Shown here in pieces: positions 42,807-55,633 of a stretch of DNA of 64,000 nucleotides. Below the pieces are notes generated by a model. The model ran no database searches, was not told the DNA's origin, and saw nothing but the letters and a program-made list of their open reading frames with translations. The DNA is taken from assembly GCA_964016885.1 (NCBI GenBank), contig OZ024740.1:178746001-178810000 (forward strand), written 5' to 3'. The position numbers were made by a program, and so were the translations under genes. Origin of the DNA: Eledone cirrhosa. Lineage: Eukaryota. Within the stretch, counting starts at the first letter, position 1, and each line of letters begins with the position of its first letter.

Positions 42807-44228
42807 CCACCACCGGGTGGTTTTCTGCTAGTCTATATATCTAAAACAGAGAATGTCTGTCTGTCTGTCAGCTCACTAAAACTTGAGAACCATTCAACCG
42901 ATTGTTTTCAAACTTTAGACATGTAATACTTATGGTCCTGTGAGTGTTTTGAGCAAAACTTATTTCAAGTTTTCAATGCCCTAGGTACCGCATTAGGCGA
43001 TTTAGCGTTCTCTCTATATAATTCTTAGTCTTTCTTTTTAGATAGATACATAGATATAACGTTGCGCCCTTATAATATCTGTCTGTATGTCTGGTTGTCT
43101 GCATTACGTCATTATGACGCGCTCAGTGTGTGTGTATATATATATGTATCGTAATGCAGACAGCAAGACATAGCTTTCCTTCCCCTCTTCCAGCGTCTCT
43201 CTCTCTCCCTCCCGCTATCCCCCTCTTGTAGTCTGTCTCTTTCTTTCACTCTCTCTCTACGCGTCGGACAGACAGACAGAGAAATTGCTGGTTATATATT
43301 ATAAGAAGACTAGCAGAAAACCACCCGGTGGGCGGTTTTCTGCTAGCAAATCTAGTGTATATACTGATATTGTTGAGATTTGGATGAGAAATGTTTTCGG
43401 CACCACATGTTCACCGTCTCTCGGTGTATCTTTTATGCATGTATAAATATATATGTTATCTATACGGTGAAATCTTTGAAATAAATATATGTTAAAACGA
43501 AAAAGGAGAAAATAAATAACTGGCGGTTAGAAAAAAATATTCCTATGAAATTTTAATCATACCATTAGGTGTGAATAAGGAAATATTTTTTTATTGTCAA
43601 AACAAATATTCAAAAGTTAAACTTCAATTTTTTGAATTATTTCCAATTTTTTCATGAAATTGAACACTGGACATTGGCTGCTGGAAATGGAAATTAAATC
43701 GTATTTAATTGTATTTAAATTTCTAACCTTATTTTATTATTTATATTTTTTCAATAAGAAATAAAAAAAAACAACAAAAATTGAAGGAAAAAATTGAACA
43801 AACCAAACGTAGGTTATGGAACTGCGCAATCTGATTAATAAATTACCTCATCAGCAGCAACCTTCTTCAAATGGTCCTTATTATCAGCAGTAACAACCAC
43901 AAATTCAATGGCAACCTTCTTCAAACCACAAATTCAATGGGAACCTTCTTCGCATGGTGTCAAGTCAGAACCGCCTCGAACTGCTTACTTCTGGCTTGTG
44001 CAAGGTGTCTCTATAGCAACCAGCGATTCCCTCGGCCTCAGTGACCAAAGTCAGTGGAGAGGGGAAGGTAATGTTTCTGTAGCACGTGTTTTAGCGTCTA
44101 TTCACTCTCTCTCTCCCTCCCGCTATCCCCCTCTCGTAGTCTGTCTCTTTCTTTTACTCTCACTCTCTCTCTACGCACGTGTTTCCACTGTCGGACAGAC
44201 AGAGAAATTGCTGGTTATATATATAAGT
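42807..44228. mobile_element. Cluster of nested/tandem Helitron fragments
   Basis: Hairpin+CTAG termini at 42807-42831 and 43310-43346. TC 5' end at 42832. Duplicated segment 43195-43305/44095-44227. Confidence 0.65.
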
Positions 44229-45219
44229 AGATTTAGTAGTACGTAATTATAATGTTCGTATATTTACTTATTGATATGCATACTAAAACTTAAGGGCACA
44301 ATGGTGAAGCTATATGCACCAAAGTAACTTCAAAGTGAGTTGAAAATATCCGAAGTTGTCTCTTATAAATATCGAATAAAAAATATTGTTGGTCATTAAA
44401 AACATAGAAATAAATACGGCATTATCTATTCGTAGACTTTAGAGAGATTCTTAAATTGAGTTTCATGAAAATTTGGAAGGTTCTGTTAGAATGTAAAATC
44501 GTTGATTTCATTTGAAAATTGTTTCAGTTCAGCCAGAGAAACGGCTTGAATGAGTTAACCCATGATGAAAAGTATTCTATCCGTGAATATCCCGTTTTTA
44601 TTTACATGTATTTAACCCCTGATAATATATCTACTCTTACACTGTCGAAGATTTTCTTTTCAGACACCTGGCATATATTTACAGCAGTACACACAGGCTT
44701 TGTTTCTGCATGCTGTACATATTTATATCACCGTTTACGTAGTCCCACGACGAAGGAGGGAATACACTTTTCGGTTTGTTGTCAATAGATCAGCAAACAA
44801 ACGAATATATATGTTATTTGCTACATGTCCCGTTCTTATTCGTGTAGAAAACATTTCTCTATATGAAAGAGATTAGTAAAATATTTGACTTACAAAAGAA
44901 AATATAACAAAATTATATCTATATACATTTTTTGAATTAAAATGATTTGAAATAAAGTTTCAATATTGACATGAAGAAAGCACATTACGTTGTAAATAAA
45001 GTAAATTAAATATAAAAATCTTATCACAAAAATTAAGGCAATATTTCAGTTTTTCGTTCGTTTGTTTGTGTTGTGAAATGTTTATCTTATTTCCCTATAT
45101 CTAAACATGACATTTGTAAAAAGGTCATGAAGTGTCAGGTATCAACTCAAATGCTGATATAAAATATGAAGTATGTGTGTGTATATGCGTATATATATAT
45201 ATATATACACACACACACA

Positions 45220-45304
<85 letters not shown>

Positions 45305-45574
45305 GTATAAGCACAGAAAATTGATTATTTCACTTTTTATACCATCGTTTGCGAAACTTGTTTGGATTTTGAAGTTCAGATTGATCTGCGGAAAAGGTTT
45401 GAATTTTGAAATTTTAATTTGTCCAGGTACCACGGCTATTTGCCAATATGAGTTTGTGTATATTGATTTATTATTTTAAATCGATACAGGCAATTAGTTT
45501 ATTTCATTCTAGCTAACTTCGTCTTTTACAATACAAACACTTAGATGTTTATCATATATTAATTTATATTAACT

Positions 45575-45637
<63 letters not shown>

Positions 45638-45647
45638 GGATATATAT

Positions 45648-45990
45648 AAAAAAAATTTTGCTCTACATGGCTGAATACAATAAATGTAATCTGAGTTTTT
45701 CCAATATTAATAATAACATTCGATTAGTTTGCAAACAAGCCTCAATTTTATAGCCATGTCAGTAGAATGAACACTTCATTCTTGCTATTACTGACATGGC
45801 TATAAAATTGAGGGTTGTTTGCATAATTGCAAACGAATCGAATGCTATTATTAGAGGTTAACTTTGCCTTTCATCCTTACGGGGTCGATAAAATAAAGTA
45901 CCAGTAATGTAATGGGTAATTTGCTGGCCTTGTGCCAAAAGAAGAAAGAATTATTAATATTCGAAAAACTCAGATTACATTTATTATATA
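45648..45990. repeat. Fold-back element interrupted by a SINE fragment (~45853-45950); same family as 2438-2570
   Basis: tactgacatggctat(g/a)aaattgag..aaactcagattacatttatt is shared and inverted. Confidence 0.7.
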
Positions 45991-46363
45991 TATATATATA
46001 TAAATGAAAAGTATAGAAATTATTGTGAGCAAGAAGCCAACAGTATTTCATAATATATAAGTGACTATAGCGTCAAAATGGAATATATATATATATATAT
46101 ATGGAAAAAATGAAACGAAATTTCCTTTCCCACTCTTAGTGCAGCTGTTACTTAAATATACGTATGTATACGTACATATATATATGTATACAGACGTAAA
46201 GTAGTATGTATATATATACATACATGCACACATATATATGTGTACGTATCGATTTACCGAGCATTTATTATAATGCTCGGTTTGTTTGTAAACAAACATC
46301 CCGAATTGAGCCGTACAGTGTTTAGCAACCATCGTGGCCCTTTTGTTCAATACTGAAAAAGGA

Positions 46364-46406
46364 ACGATGTACTAGTTTCAAGCTTATTAGCTATCGTCAG
46401 CACCGT
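46364..46406 (-). ncRNA. Minimal hammerhead (11418 family)
   Basis: On minus: acggtg-CTGACGA-tagctaataagctt-GAAA-CTAG-TA-catcgt. Confidence 0.8.
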
Positions 46407-46894
46407 ATACCTTCCTGCAAGATGATTCAACGTCTGAAAGTATATACTTCCTTATGCATATTAACGGCTGAGCAGCCTATTTTGCATATCGAGTGAGTTA
46501 ATCGGTCGGGCGCACTGAAAACGATAAATGGAAAAAATGAAACGAAATTTTATTTCTCACTCTTAGTACGGCTGTTACTTAAATATAAGTATATATACGT
46601 ACATACATATATGTATACAGACGTACAGTAGTATGTATATATATACATACATGCACACCTATATATATGTACGTATGCTGACGATAGCTAATAAGCTTGA
46701 ATGGTACACATACTTATATTTAAGTAACAGCCGTACTAAGAAGAAAAATGAAATTTCGTTTCATTTTCTCCATTTATCATTTTCGGTGCGCCCGGCCGAT
46801 TAACTCACTCGATATGCAAATTAGGCTGCTCAGCCGTTAATATGCATAAGGAAAGTATATACTTTCAGACGTTCAATCATCTGGCAGGAAGTAT

Positions 46895-46937
46895 ACGGTG
46901 CTGACGATAACTAATAAGCTTGAAACTAGTACATCGT
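46895..46937 (+). ncRNA. Minimal hammerhead (11418 family)
   Basis: acggtg-CTGACGA-taactaataagctt-GAAA-CTAG-TA-catcgt. Confidence 0.75.
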
Positions 46938-47261
46938 TTCTTTGTCAGTGTTGAACAAAAGGGTAACTATAGTTGCGAAACACTCTACGGCTTAATTCGG
47001 GAAGTTTGTTTGCAAACAAACCGAGCATTATAATAAATGCTCGGTAAATCCATACGTACATATATATATATGTGTGCTTGTATGTATATATATACATACT
47101 AATGTACGTCTGTATACATATATATATGTACGTATACATACTTATATATATATATATACTTGAGGTCGACCGGCAAAGGTAGAAGATGCTGGATGGCGTT
47201 CGTCCTCCGGTCTTTGGTTTTCAGCCCCATAGATTTTATCTATTGCATTCACTTATTATAT

Positions 47262-47312
47262 TTCGAATACCTGATGATATCACCGGATTCATACGGAACC
47301 CGGTCATTGAGA
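47262..47312 (+). ncRNA. Degenerate hammerhead motif in a PLE pLTR remnant
   Basis: CTGATGA-tat..ata-c-GGAA-CCCGG-TC-attgaga; GAAA is mutated. Confidence 0.45.
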
Positions 47313-47370
47313 TGATCATAGTATAATAAACCTTTCAAGGATTTACACAAATCCAGCCTCCTGTCATTTC

Positions 47371-47401
<31 letters not shown>

Positions 47402-47429
47402 GTAATAATAAATATATATATATATATAA

Positions 47430-47825
47430 GATCAAAACAAGTATCCTAGTTTTACTTTGTGTCGGTTAAAGATGGAGCGGTATTTATGACCTATGGGAAA
47501 GTGTCTATCTAAGAGGGCTAGAAATTTTTCGACTACATTGGTTTTAACCTTGAGTGAGAAGGGATGAGAGAACCAGATAGTTTTGTCTATTGTAACGCTT
47601 TCTTTTCTTATTGCTGTTGTTGTTAGTGGGAGAGTAAGTGATAGGTTGCGAGAAGCCGCTGTTAGCTAATATAGCCTTATTAGAGGGGAGGTTTTAGATT
47701 CTAGTACTGATATTATTTACGAAGTTTCTAAAAGCAGTGGGAGTGTGGCATGAGTCCTTGTGAATGTAATGAGTTTTTCGTTTAGCTTATGGAAGGGTCT
47801 GTCGATGTCTGTGCGAAGGTCTAAA
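47430..47825 (-). pseudogene. Naiad-type PLE RT thumb/linker fragment
   Basis: Translates across frameshifts as LDLRTDIDRPFHKLNE..YIHKDSCHTP..WFSHPFSLKVKTNVVEKFLALLDRHFPIGHKYRSIFNRHKVKLGY. Confidence 0.8.
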
Positions 47826-47852
47826 TTAATGTACTAACTGTTGTGTAACCAC

Positions 47853-47921
<69 letters not shown>

Positions 47922-47925
<4 letters not shown>

Positions 47926-48112
47926 AAAAAGTATGACCCCGACGGCAGAACTCAAGCCGTTTCGACGGCTATTTCTGTCCAGAAATAGCCTTCGAAACGG
48001 CTTGATCTCTGCCGTGGGGGTCATACTTTTTCCTATTTCCCACTCTACTACCCTAAGTATTGAGTACTCTGGTGCGGTATGGTCCATCTGGTTCCTTACC
48101 ACATTTCTTTTG

Positions 48113-48114
<2 letters not shown>
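47922..48114 (+). mobile_element. Short (TA)n-targeted element family (hairpin + ~80-bp tail)
   Basis: Copies at 20131-20320(+), 16010-16103(-), 49433-49510(-) and 56776-56888(-). All share ...gagtactctggtgcg(g/t)tatggtcca(c/t)ctggttccttaccaca... Confidence 0.8.
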
Positions 48115-48184
<70 letters not shown>

Positions 48185-48289
48185 ACAGGGAGAAAGAGAC
48201 GATTATGAGGAAGAAAAATATATTTTTTTCCCTTTTTTTATTTCTCTCTCTTTTTTTCTGGGAAAATGATTAAAACGAAAAGATGATTA

Positions 48290-49078
48290 AAACGAAATGT
48301 TTTACTTTGTGTGAAGTGTTAAGGTATTAGTTGATTTATTTATTATTTAACAATGGCATTTATTTATCTATTTATATATTTAACAATTGTCTATTACCGG
48401 TTTCAGCATTTTTATGCATTATCAAATGATAGTGATATGTATTAGTGTGGTGTCGCACATGTTAAAGAGAAGGTGCAGAAAAAATAATGTTATTTCAAAC
48501 AAGGTTTATGAAGTGAAAAAAAAAAAAAATAAATAAAAATAATAAATTTAAAAAAAAAAAAATAAAAAAAAATAAAAAAGAAGAAAAAAAAATGGGCATA
48601 GTTCTTGAAGTTAAACAGATAAAAATGTGTTAATATAGCAAGAGTACTTAGTTGATCGATGATTCCATGATGGAGGCAAATGGTGGACTGAGGTTTGATA
48701 TGATTTCCCTTTTTAGAGAGTTAATATGCAGGGGAAAGCAATTCTTGCTGGATGATATTTAATTTATTTAAGAAAAATGATTAGGTAGGGTGTGAGGGAG
48801 GTAACTCTTGTAAATGTTTGATTGTTTGTTAGTTTGGTCCGATATTTAGTGCATTAAGTCGAGGTTGGAATTTGTTAATGAAATATGTTTCCTTATTGGT
48901 ACGATGGATGAAAGTAGCGTTGTCTATGAATTTGTAAATGGGGAAAATTTAAAAGTTTGGATGTTGCTTGTGTATACAATTGGCGATATGTTCACTAAAT
49001 GCAATCTTTCTGTATTCCTGTATTTTAATTTGTAATTTATGGACGGTCATACGTTGACGGAGGCTGTTTTTTGTCTGT

Positions 49079-49086
<8 letters not shown>
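48290..49086 (-). mobile_element. 5'-truncated PLE 3' end (GIY-YIG C-terminal half + pLTR with degenerate hammerhead)
   Basis: 49086-48855 reads YIGQTKNSLRQRMTVHKLQI..EHIANC..IFPIYK..KETYFINKFQPRLN. Hammerhead-like TTGATAA..GAAACCGGTA at ~48391-48432. Confidence 0.8.
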
Positions 49087-49135
<49 letters not shown>

Positions 49136-49394
49136 GTGAGGCTTTTTTTTTACAAAATGAAAAAAAAACGAGATGTCCTACACGAGTGAAAGTATAAGGA
49201 AAAAAGATGAAATCGAAAATGCAACTGGAGTCTTTTTTTTTTAAATATATATTTAGTTGGTTCATTTACTGGTTTCGCAGTTCTTGTGCTTTTCAAAAGT
49301 AGAATTGAGATAGAGGGTTTGTGATTTTTCTCGCATATATATATATATATATTAATATATACATATACACACATATATGCATATATATATATGC

Positions 49395-49430
<36 letters not shown>

Positions 49431-50049
49431 GTAACGAAGGAAATGTGGTAAGGAACCAGGTGGACCATAACGCACCAAAGTACTCAATACTTAGGGTAGT
49501 AGAGTGGGTATACATATATATATATACAAATATTTTAAATATATTTGTTACTTCAAACTCTTAACAATATTTCAATATATGTTATTATTTCAAACTCTTA
49601 ATTCCCGCTCCTTAATATCTACTTCCCCTCCACCACACTCTACAACATGCGGTCATATCACCACCACCACCCACCCTCTCTCTCTCTCTCTCTACCCAAC
49701 CCAGATACATATATAAGACAAAGTAATTCACTTTCGCCAAACTTGTGGCTGTAACTTCATTCATTCATGGTTATAATGTAATGTACTCATTTTTCTACCT
49801 CTTCTAACATACGCCTAACTCCATAGTCAGTCCTTCCAACAGCATTTTTAGTCCTTCCAATAGCATTTTTTTCAATCCTCTTTCTATTCCCCATGTATTT
49901 TCCAAAACAAATCTCTTGTATTTCTGTCATGCTTGTAAAATTACGGAAGTTTTTGGACGTATTTTACTAAACAAATCTTGTATTTTTGTTCGTTAATACG
50001 GGGTTCTCACTTAAACCTATCCTTGTTCGTTAATACGGGGTTCTCACTT

Positions 50050-50243
50050 AAACCTATCCTTTGGGAGCCCCTACATGGACACACTAGAAGAGGAAGACCA
50101 AGGTTAACATATGTTGATGCCCTAAGGACAGACACTGGTCTGTTGGAGATGCAGGATATGGCAGCGATAATGAGGGACAGAGACCGCCGGAGAGAACTCG
50201 TCCATGGATCTCGGGAATTTTACCCGCCTTAGATAGATAGATA
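50050..50243 (+). mobile_element. RTE-like LINE 3' end with (TAGA)n tail
   Basis: ILWEPLHGHTRRGRPRLTYVDALRTDTG..MRDRDRRRELV is a typical RTE C-terminus. Preceded by a ~35-bp tandem duplication at 49987-50062. Confidence 0.75.
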
Positions 50244-52246
50244 TGTATATATATATATACATATATATATATATTTATGGAAGCCCATAAATAATTGTGA
50301 TGTGTGTGTATACGAATATAGATTTGGCTTGTAGATAAGATGGGTAACGAAGATTTGAGTTCATCCATCATACTACACCTAGGACAGACTACAAGGACAG
50401 ATGAAGCTAAACATATTCAGATTGCATCACATAATTAAGATAAGTATATACGTGTTGTTGAGATTATCCGACTCAAGCTTAGTATTGTAAATACAGTGAA
50501 TTATATTGGATCTTCTCTCGGCTGTGATGATGAACATTTAGTTACTCAATCAATGTAAAGTCCGACTCGATAAATTTCCATAGACGTTCTGAATATTACA
50601 CAGGCATGTGTAAGCTTGATGTAATTCCAAAGCGGAATCAGAGTGATACAATGTGACAAGTTTCGGCCTTTGCATTCTAGATACAATTCATCCTATGTGG
50701 TGCCATACTTTCTACCTAATTTCACTGATATGGCAGGGGTCTACCCGAAGCTATAGTAAGAACAATTTCTCAAGCGGCCAGGTAGTGGAACCGATCCCTC
50801 ACGGCTGCTTGAAAAACAGCTGAATCACCCAACTATTCCTGCATCCCAGAAAAATGATCCAAATAAAATAAATACCTAAATTAAAGGTTTATGAATTAAT
50901 AGGTTGACCACATCGTCATAAAAGCTCAAAGAATAACACCACCACAGCCGTTCTAAATATTGAGAAAACCTAATATATCACCTGCCTGTTGGAAATAGAA
51001 AAACTTCCGCAAACTCTACCTTACATTCTTAAAAATGAAGAAACCTATTGTATAATGTGTATACAAATAACAGGGTTATCTGGGCTGGAACACCCAAGAT
51101 AATATGCATTCTCAATCATGGATGATCTGAACTTAAAAATCCATAGCAACTTACATACATTGTAATTCGGACAGACTCTGCTCTATTCGGCAAGAATTAT
51201 TCACAAAATCTGAGAGTTGACGACAAATTGTTATTAAATAACTAGGCTATAACCTTTAGATATAAACATAGATATCTAATGTCGATAATGGCGATGTTGA
51301 TGATGTTTATATTGTGATGGTTGTAGTGGCTGTTGTTGTTGTTGGGGGTGGTATTGGTAGTATTAGTTGTTTTGATAGTAGTGGTGGGGTTGGTGATATG
51401 ATCGTACTGATTCTGATGGACGTCATGATGACGGCGATCATAATTATAAGGATAACAATGACGAGAAGCTGAATAAATAAGAGGAAAACAAAACAGATGT
51501 AAAACGAGATGTATAACAAAGACGACCACAACAACAAGAATAATAACAACAAGGAACTGCAATAAATATTAACAATTTTATAAAATATAACAAACAGAAA
51601 CACACACACATACACAAACATAAACACACAGAGAAAAAGACATTAGAATTTATTTATTTACAGTTTTCTGATTTTTTGTATCAATTTCTATTGGAACTGC
51701 AAACAAGAAACTATTATTACAAGAATCAACGGAAATTAATATTGAGAAAAAATGTTGGAAGATGAAATGAAATGAAATAGAAACTAGCATACGATTGAAG
51801 AACTGTTCTCGAAAAACACAAAACTAATTTAAAATGATAATCTCTATTTCACTGTTATCGAAATTTTATAAATTTCTCCGAAGTTGTCTCTTTTATATGA
51901 AATGCTTTATAAACAGAACCAATGTACATACATTAACACACACACACAAACATATACATACATATGATGGCCGCCTCCTCGTTATCGAGTATGGCCATTG
52001 CACGATATACCATCATTAATAATTATTAATTAATTCTATCGTGCAATGCCTGTGCGTGAAGATTATTTGTAAAGTGAGGAAAGACTGTGCACTGAGCCAA
52101 TTCCACTCTCTGAACGACAGTAACTAGAACCCGAAAAGAAGAAAAGATCAACATCATCGGTAACTACATACAATCCACTTCCTCCAGGCGTGAACCTAAT
52201 ATTATTGCGTAATTTTGCATTCTGTATTTTGCTTGTTTCATATATT

Positions 52247-52318
<72 letters not shown>

Positions 52319-52359
52319 ATATATATATATAGTATTATTAATATTTCATACACTTATTA

Positions 52360-52408
52360 TGTACGCGCAACGTTAGAATTCGGGGGTCTAATTATGGCCA
52401 CCACTGTA
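52360..52408 (-). mobile_element. Isolated Tc1/mariner-like terminal inverted repeat
   Basis: Reverse complement reads TA-CAGTGGTGGCCATAATTAG. Confidence 0.45.
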
Positions 52409-52479
52409 TAGGGAAGGAACCAATTCAATGCTGGTTTCTCTGGCGCCCAATGTGAGGCCCACTGTTAAGTGCATGAAAT

Positions 52480-52900
52480 TTTAATTATACTCCTAACTAG
52501 GTTTTCTGTGATTTTCTTTTGTTTTAGGTGGGGTGTGTGTGTTAACGTCTATATATCTAAGGGATTCGTTAGGTTTGTGGTATTGGTAGTAAAGGAAAGT
52601 TTCTAATGTAACGTCTATAACGTTGGCCCAAGTAATGTTAGATTTAATCGTATTTCTAAAGCCTAGATTGCGGAAGAAAAAATATAAGTTCTTCCGAAAC
52701 CCATTGCTGAATTGGAGGGGACACCTTGTGCATGGCGAAGAGGCCCACGTCGCAGTACAGTGCAGCGGTTATTCCGTTAAGAATCTTCACTTTTTGTAGG
52801 ATGTACAGGCCGACCAGGTCGCTTATTTCTCCGGAGTAGTTCGCTCCCATGCTATCACTGAATGGGGTATATCCATTTGCAGAAAGCTGGTGTTTTCTTT
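52480..52900 (-). pseudogene. Naiad-type PLE RT core fragment (degenerate)
   Basis: FSDSMGANYSGEISDLVGLYIL..ALYCDVGL resembles FDVTMGSYDGAExCELVGLYIL..GLYRDDGL. Followed by IDVTL..YHKPNESLRYIDVNTHTPP. Confidence 0.75.
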
Positions 52901-53054
52901 CCCCGGCAGTTCCTGGAACCAAGAAATTACCTCCGAAGTTCTACTTCAGAGTGGGTGTGGTGCAGCTGTACGCAGTGATGGAGTTATTTGGACGAGGGTG
53001 TGTGGGCGTTCGGGTGTTTGTGTGCGTGGTGTAGAAAGTATGTATGTACGTATG

Positions 53055-54230
53055 TTATCTCTTTCTCTTAATTTCGAGTATATTTTTTTTGACCGGCCAC
53101 CTTCCTGGTGGCAAGGTTGTAAAAGAAAAGAAATTGTCATCCCTTGAATCGCAAGAATGTTTTGCAAATTTTGAAGGTGCCAGCTATCGCAGCCATTTGT
53201 AGACTATGAATTAGGGAGCTGCGCTTTTTGTCCGCAAATCCAAGTTCAGTCATACTTTGGTCCAAGCGGGTTGGTATATAACCCGTAGCTCCAATAATGA
53301 TGGGTATGAAGCTAAAGGTGTATCTTGGATAGTGGATTTGTAAACTCCTCATCAACGTAGATGTCCTCCTTCTCCTGTATTTTTCTGACAACGTTTACAT
53401 CAAGTGGGCAGCTGATCTCCACAACAGAATACGTTTTCAATGTGTGGTCCCAAACAACAATATCAGGCCGGTTGTGCTTTAATTTGGTGGCAGTTTTTAT
53501 TTTCAGGTTCCACCAGTATTCCTTAGTGCCATCTGTCTCAATATATTCTTCCTCGTTTGTTGTTAATTTTGTTTTCCGAAGTGCGTTCCAGATGGTTCTA
53601 GCTATCCCATCGTGTCTCATGGGGAGGTAGTAGCGAGATGACATTATTTCGCAGCTGGCAACAATGTGGCTTACATCCTCGATCTTTGTTTTACATAGCC
53701 TACATTTATTGTCAGCTGCTGGCCCTCCTCTTTTGTGCAGCAGATATTTGGTAGGGAGTTCTTGTTCCTGTATTGCATAGAGATATCCCTCAAGGTATGA
53801 TGTCATAAACTTGTCGGAACTCCATGCCAGGCTTTTTGAGTGGTTTATCCTCTCCATGTTCTGTGTTTTACGTCTCAAGTATCCATGCACAACTTTTTCT
53901 ATAAATTGGTCAATTTTTTTTATCTTGTTTGAACATTGAATAGGATCTTCCGATTTCTCTGGGTGAGAGATTTATATCAGGCTTTATTCCATATCTCTCC
54001 TCCAGATCAGTCGCTATTCTAATGATATTTTTTTTTCATGCTCATAAACCTGGGCTAGATGGTTGCCAACCTTTTTCCTGTTAAAGGTGTTGCTTCAGTG
54101 TTACTATCCGGGTCTCATATGTTTTTAATATTGATTTTAAACCCCGGCCACCTTCCTTGCGTGAGAAGTATAGCCTATCCACATCACCATTGATGTTAAA
54201 GTTCCCAGTAACACTGAGAAGTTTGCGAGT
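53055..54230 (-). mobile_element. 5'-truncated R4/Dong-like copy 1
   Basis: Near-identical to 62035-63215. Flanked by (TATG)n. Small frameshifting deletion near 53356. Confidence 0.92.
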
Positions 54231-54237
54231 ATGCATG

Positions 54238-54271
<34 letters not shown>

Positions 54272-54273
54272 TG

Positions 54274-55027
54274 TTTTCTCTTTCTCTTAATTTCGAGTAT
54301 ATTTTTTTGACCGGCCACCTTCCTGGTGGCAAGGTTGTAAAAGAAAAGAAATTGTCATCCCTTGAATCGCAAGAATGTTTTGCAAATTTTGAAGGTGCCA
54401 GCTATCGCAGCCATTTGTAGACTATGAATTAGGGAGCTGCGCTTTTTGTCCGCAAATCCAAGTTCAGTCATACTTTAGTCCAAGCGGATTGGTATATAAC
54501 CCGTAGCTCCAATAATGATGGGTATGAAGCTAAAGGTGTATCTTGGATACTGGATTTGTAAACTCCTCATCAATGGTCCGTAGATGTCCTCCTTCTCCTG
54601 TATTTTTCTGACAACGTTTACATCAAGTGGGCAGCTGATCTCCACAACAAAACACGTTTTCAATGTGTGGTCCCAAACTACAATATCAGGCCGGTTGTGC
54701 TTTAATTTGGTGGCAGTTTTTATTTTCAGGTTCCACCAGTATTCCTTAGTGCCATCTGTCTCAATATATTCTTCCTCGTTTGTTGTTAATTTTGTTTTCC
54801 GAAGTGCGTTCCAGATGGTTCTAGCTATCCCATCGTGCCTCATGGGGAGGTAGTAGCGAGATGACATTATTTCGCAGCTGGCAACAATGTGGCTTACATC
54901 CTCGATCTTTGTTTTACATAGCCTACATTTATTGTCAGCTGCTGACCCTCCTCTTTTGTGCAGCAAATATTTGGTAGGGAGTTCTTGTTCCTGTATTGCA
55001 TAGAGATATCCCTCAAGGTGTGATGTC

Positions 55028-55029
<2 letters not shown>
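54274..55029 (-). mobile_element. 5'-truncated R4/Dong-like copy 2
   Basis: Same 3' end, CCHC and RLE coding region. Flanked by (TATG)n. Confidence 0.92.
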
Positions 55030-55058
<29 letters not shown>

Positions 55059-55112
55059 TGTATGTATGTATGTATGTATGTATGCATGTATGTATGTATG
55101 TATGTATGTATG

Positions 55113-55602
55113 TTTTCTCTTTCTCTTAATTTCGAGTATATTTTTTTGACCGGCCACCTTCCTGGTGGCAAGGTTGTAAAAGAAAAGAAATTGTCATCCC
55201 TTGAATCGCAAGAATGTTTTGCATATTTTGAAGGTGCCAGCTATCGCAGCCATTTGTAGACTATGAATTAGGGAGCTGCGCTTTTTGTCCGCAAATCCAA
55301 GTTCGGTCATACTTTGGTCCAAGCGGGTTGGTATATAACCCGTAGCACCAATAATGATGGGTATGAAGCTAAAGGTGTATCTTGGATACTGGATTTGTAA
55401 GCTCCTCATCAATGGTCCGTAGATGTCCTCCTTCTCCTGTATTTTTCTGACAACGTTTACATCAAGTGGGCAGCTGATCTCCACAACAGAACACGTTTTC
55501 AATGTGTGGTCCCAAACTACAATATCAGGCCGGTTGTGCTTTAATTTGGTGGCAGTTTTTATTTTCAGGTTCCACCAGTATTCCTTAGTGCCATCTGTCT
55601 CA

Positions 55603-55606
<4 letters not shown>
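55113..55606 (-). mobile_element. 5'-truncated R4/Dong-like copy 3
   Basis: Same 3' end and RLE coding region. Flanked by (TATG)n. Confidence 0.92.

Positions 55607-55633
<27 letters not shown>

Larger units (their letters stand above)
46100..47150. mobile_element. Complex fold-back of the hammerhead-bearing family also at 11268-11670
   Basis: ~46155-46590 is the reverse complement of ~46712-47140, with rearranged internal pieces. Confidence 0.8.

Noticed and set aside
51242-51629. Hydrophobic/low-complexity minus-strand ORFs
   Set aside because: Decayed trinucleotide repeats, open in all three frames, with no motif.
53361-53630. Repeated plus-strand ORF MSSFSCIFLTT.. (four copies)
   Set aside because: Antisense shadow of the Dong-like endonuclease ORF.
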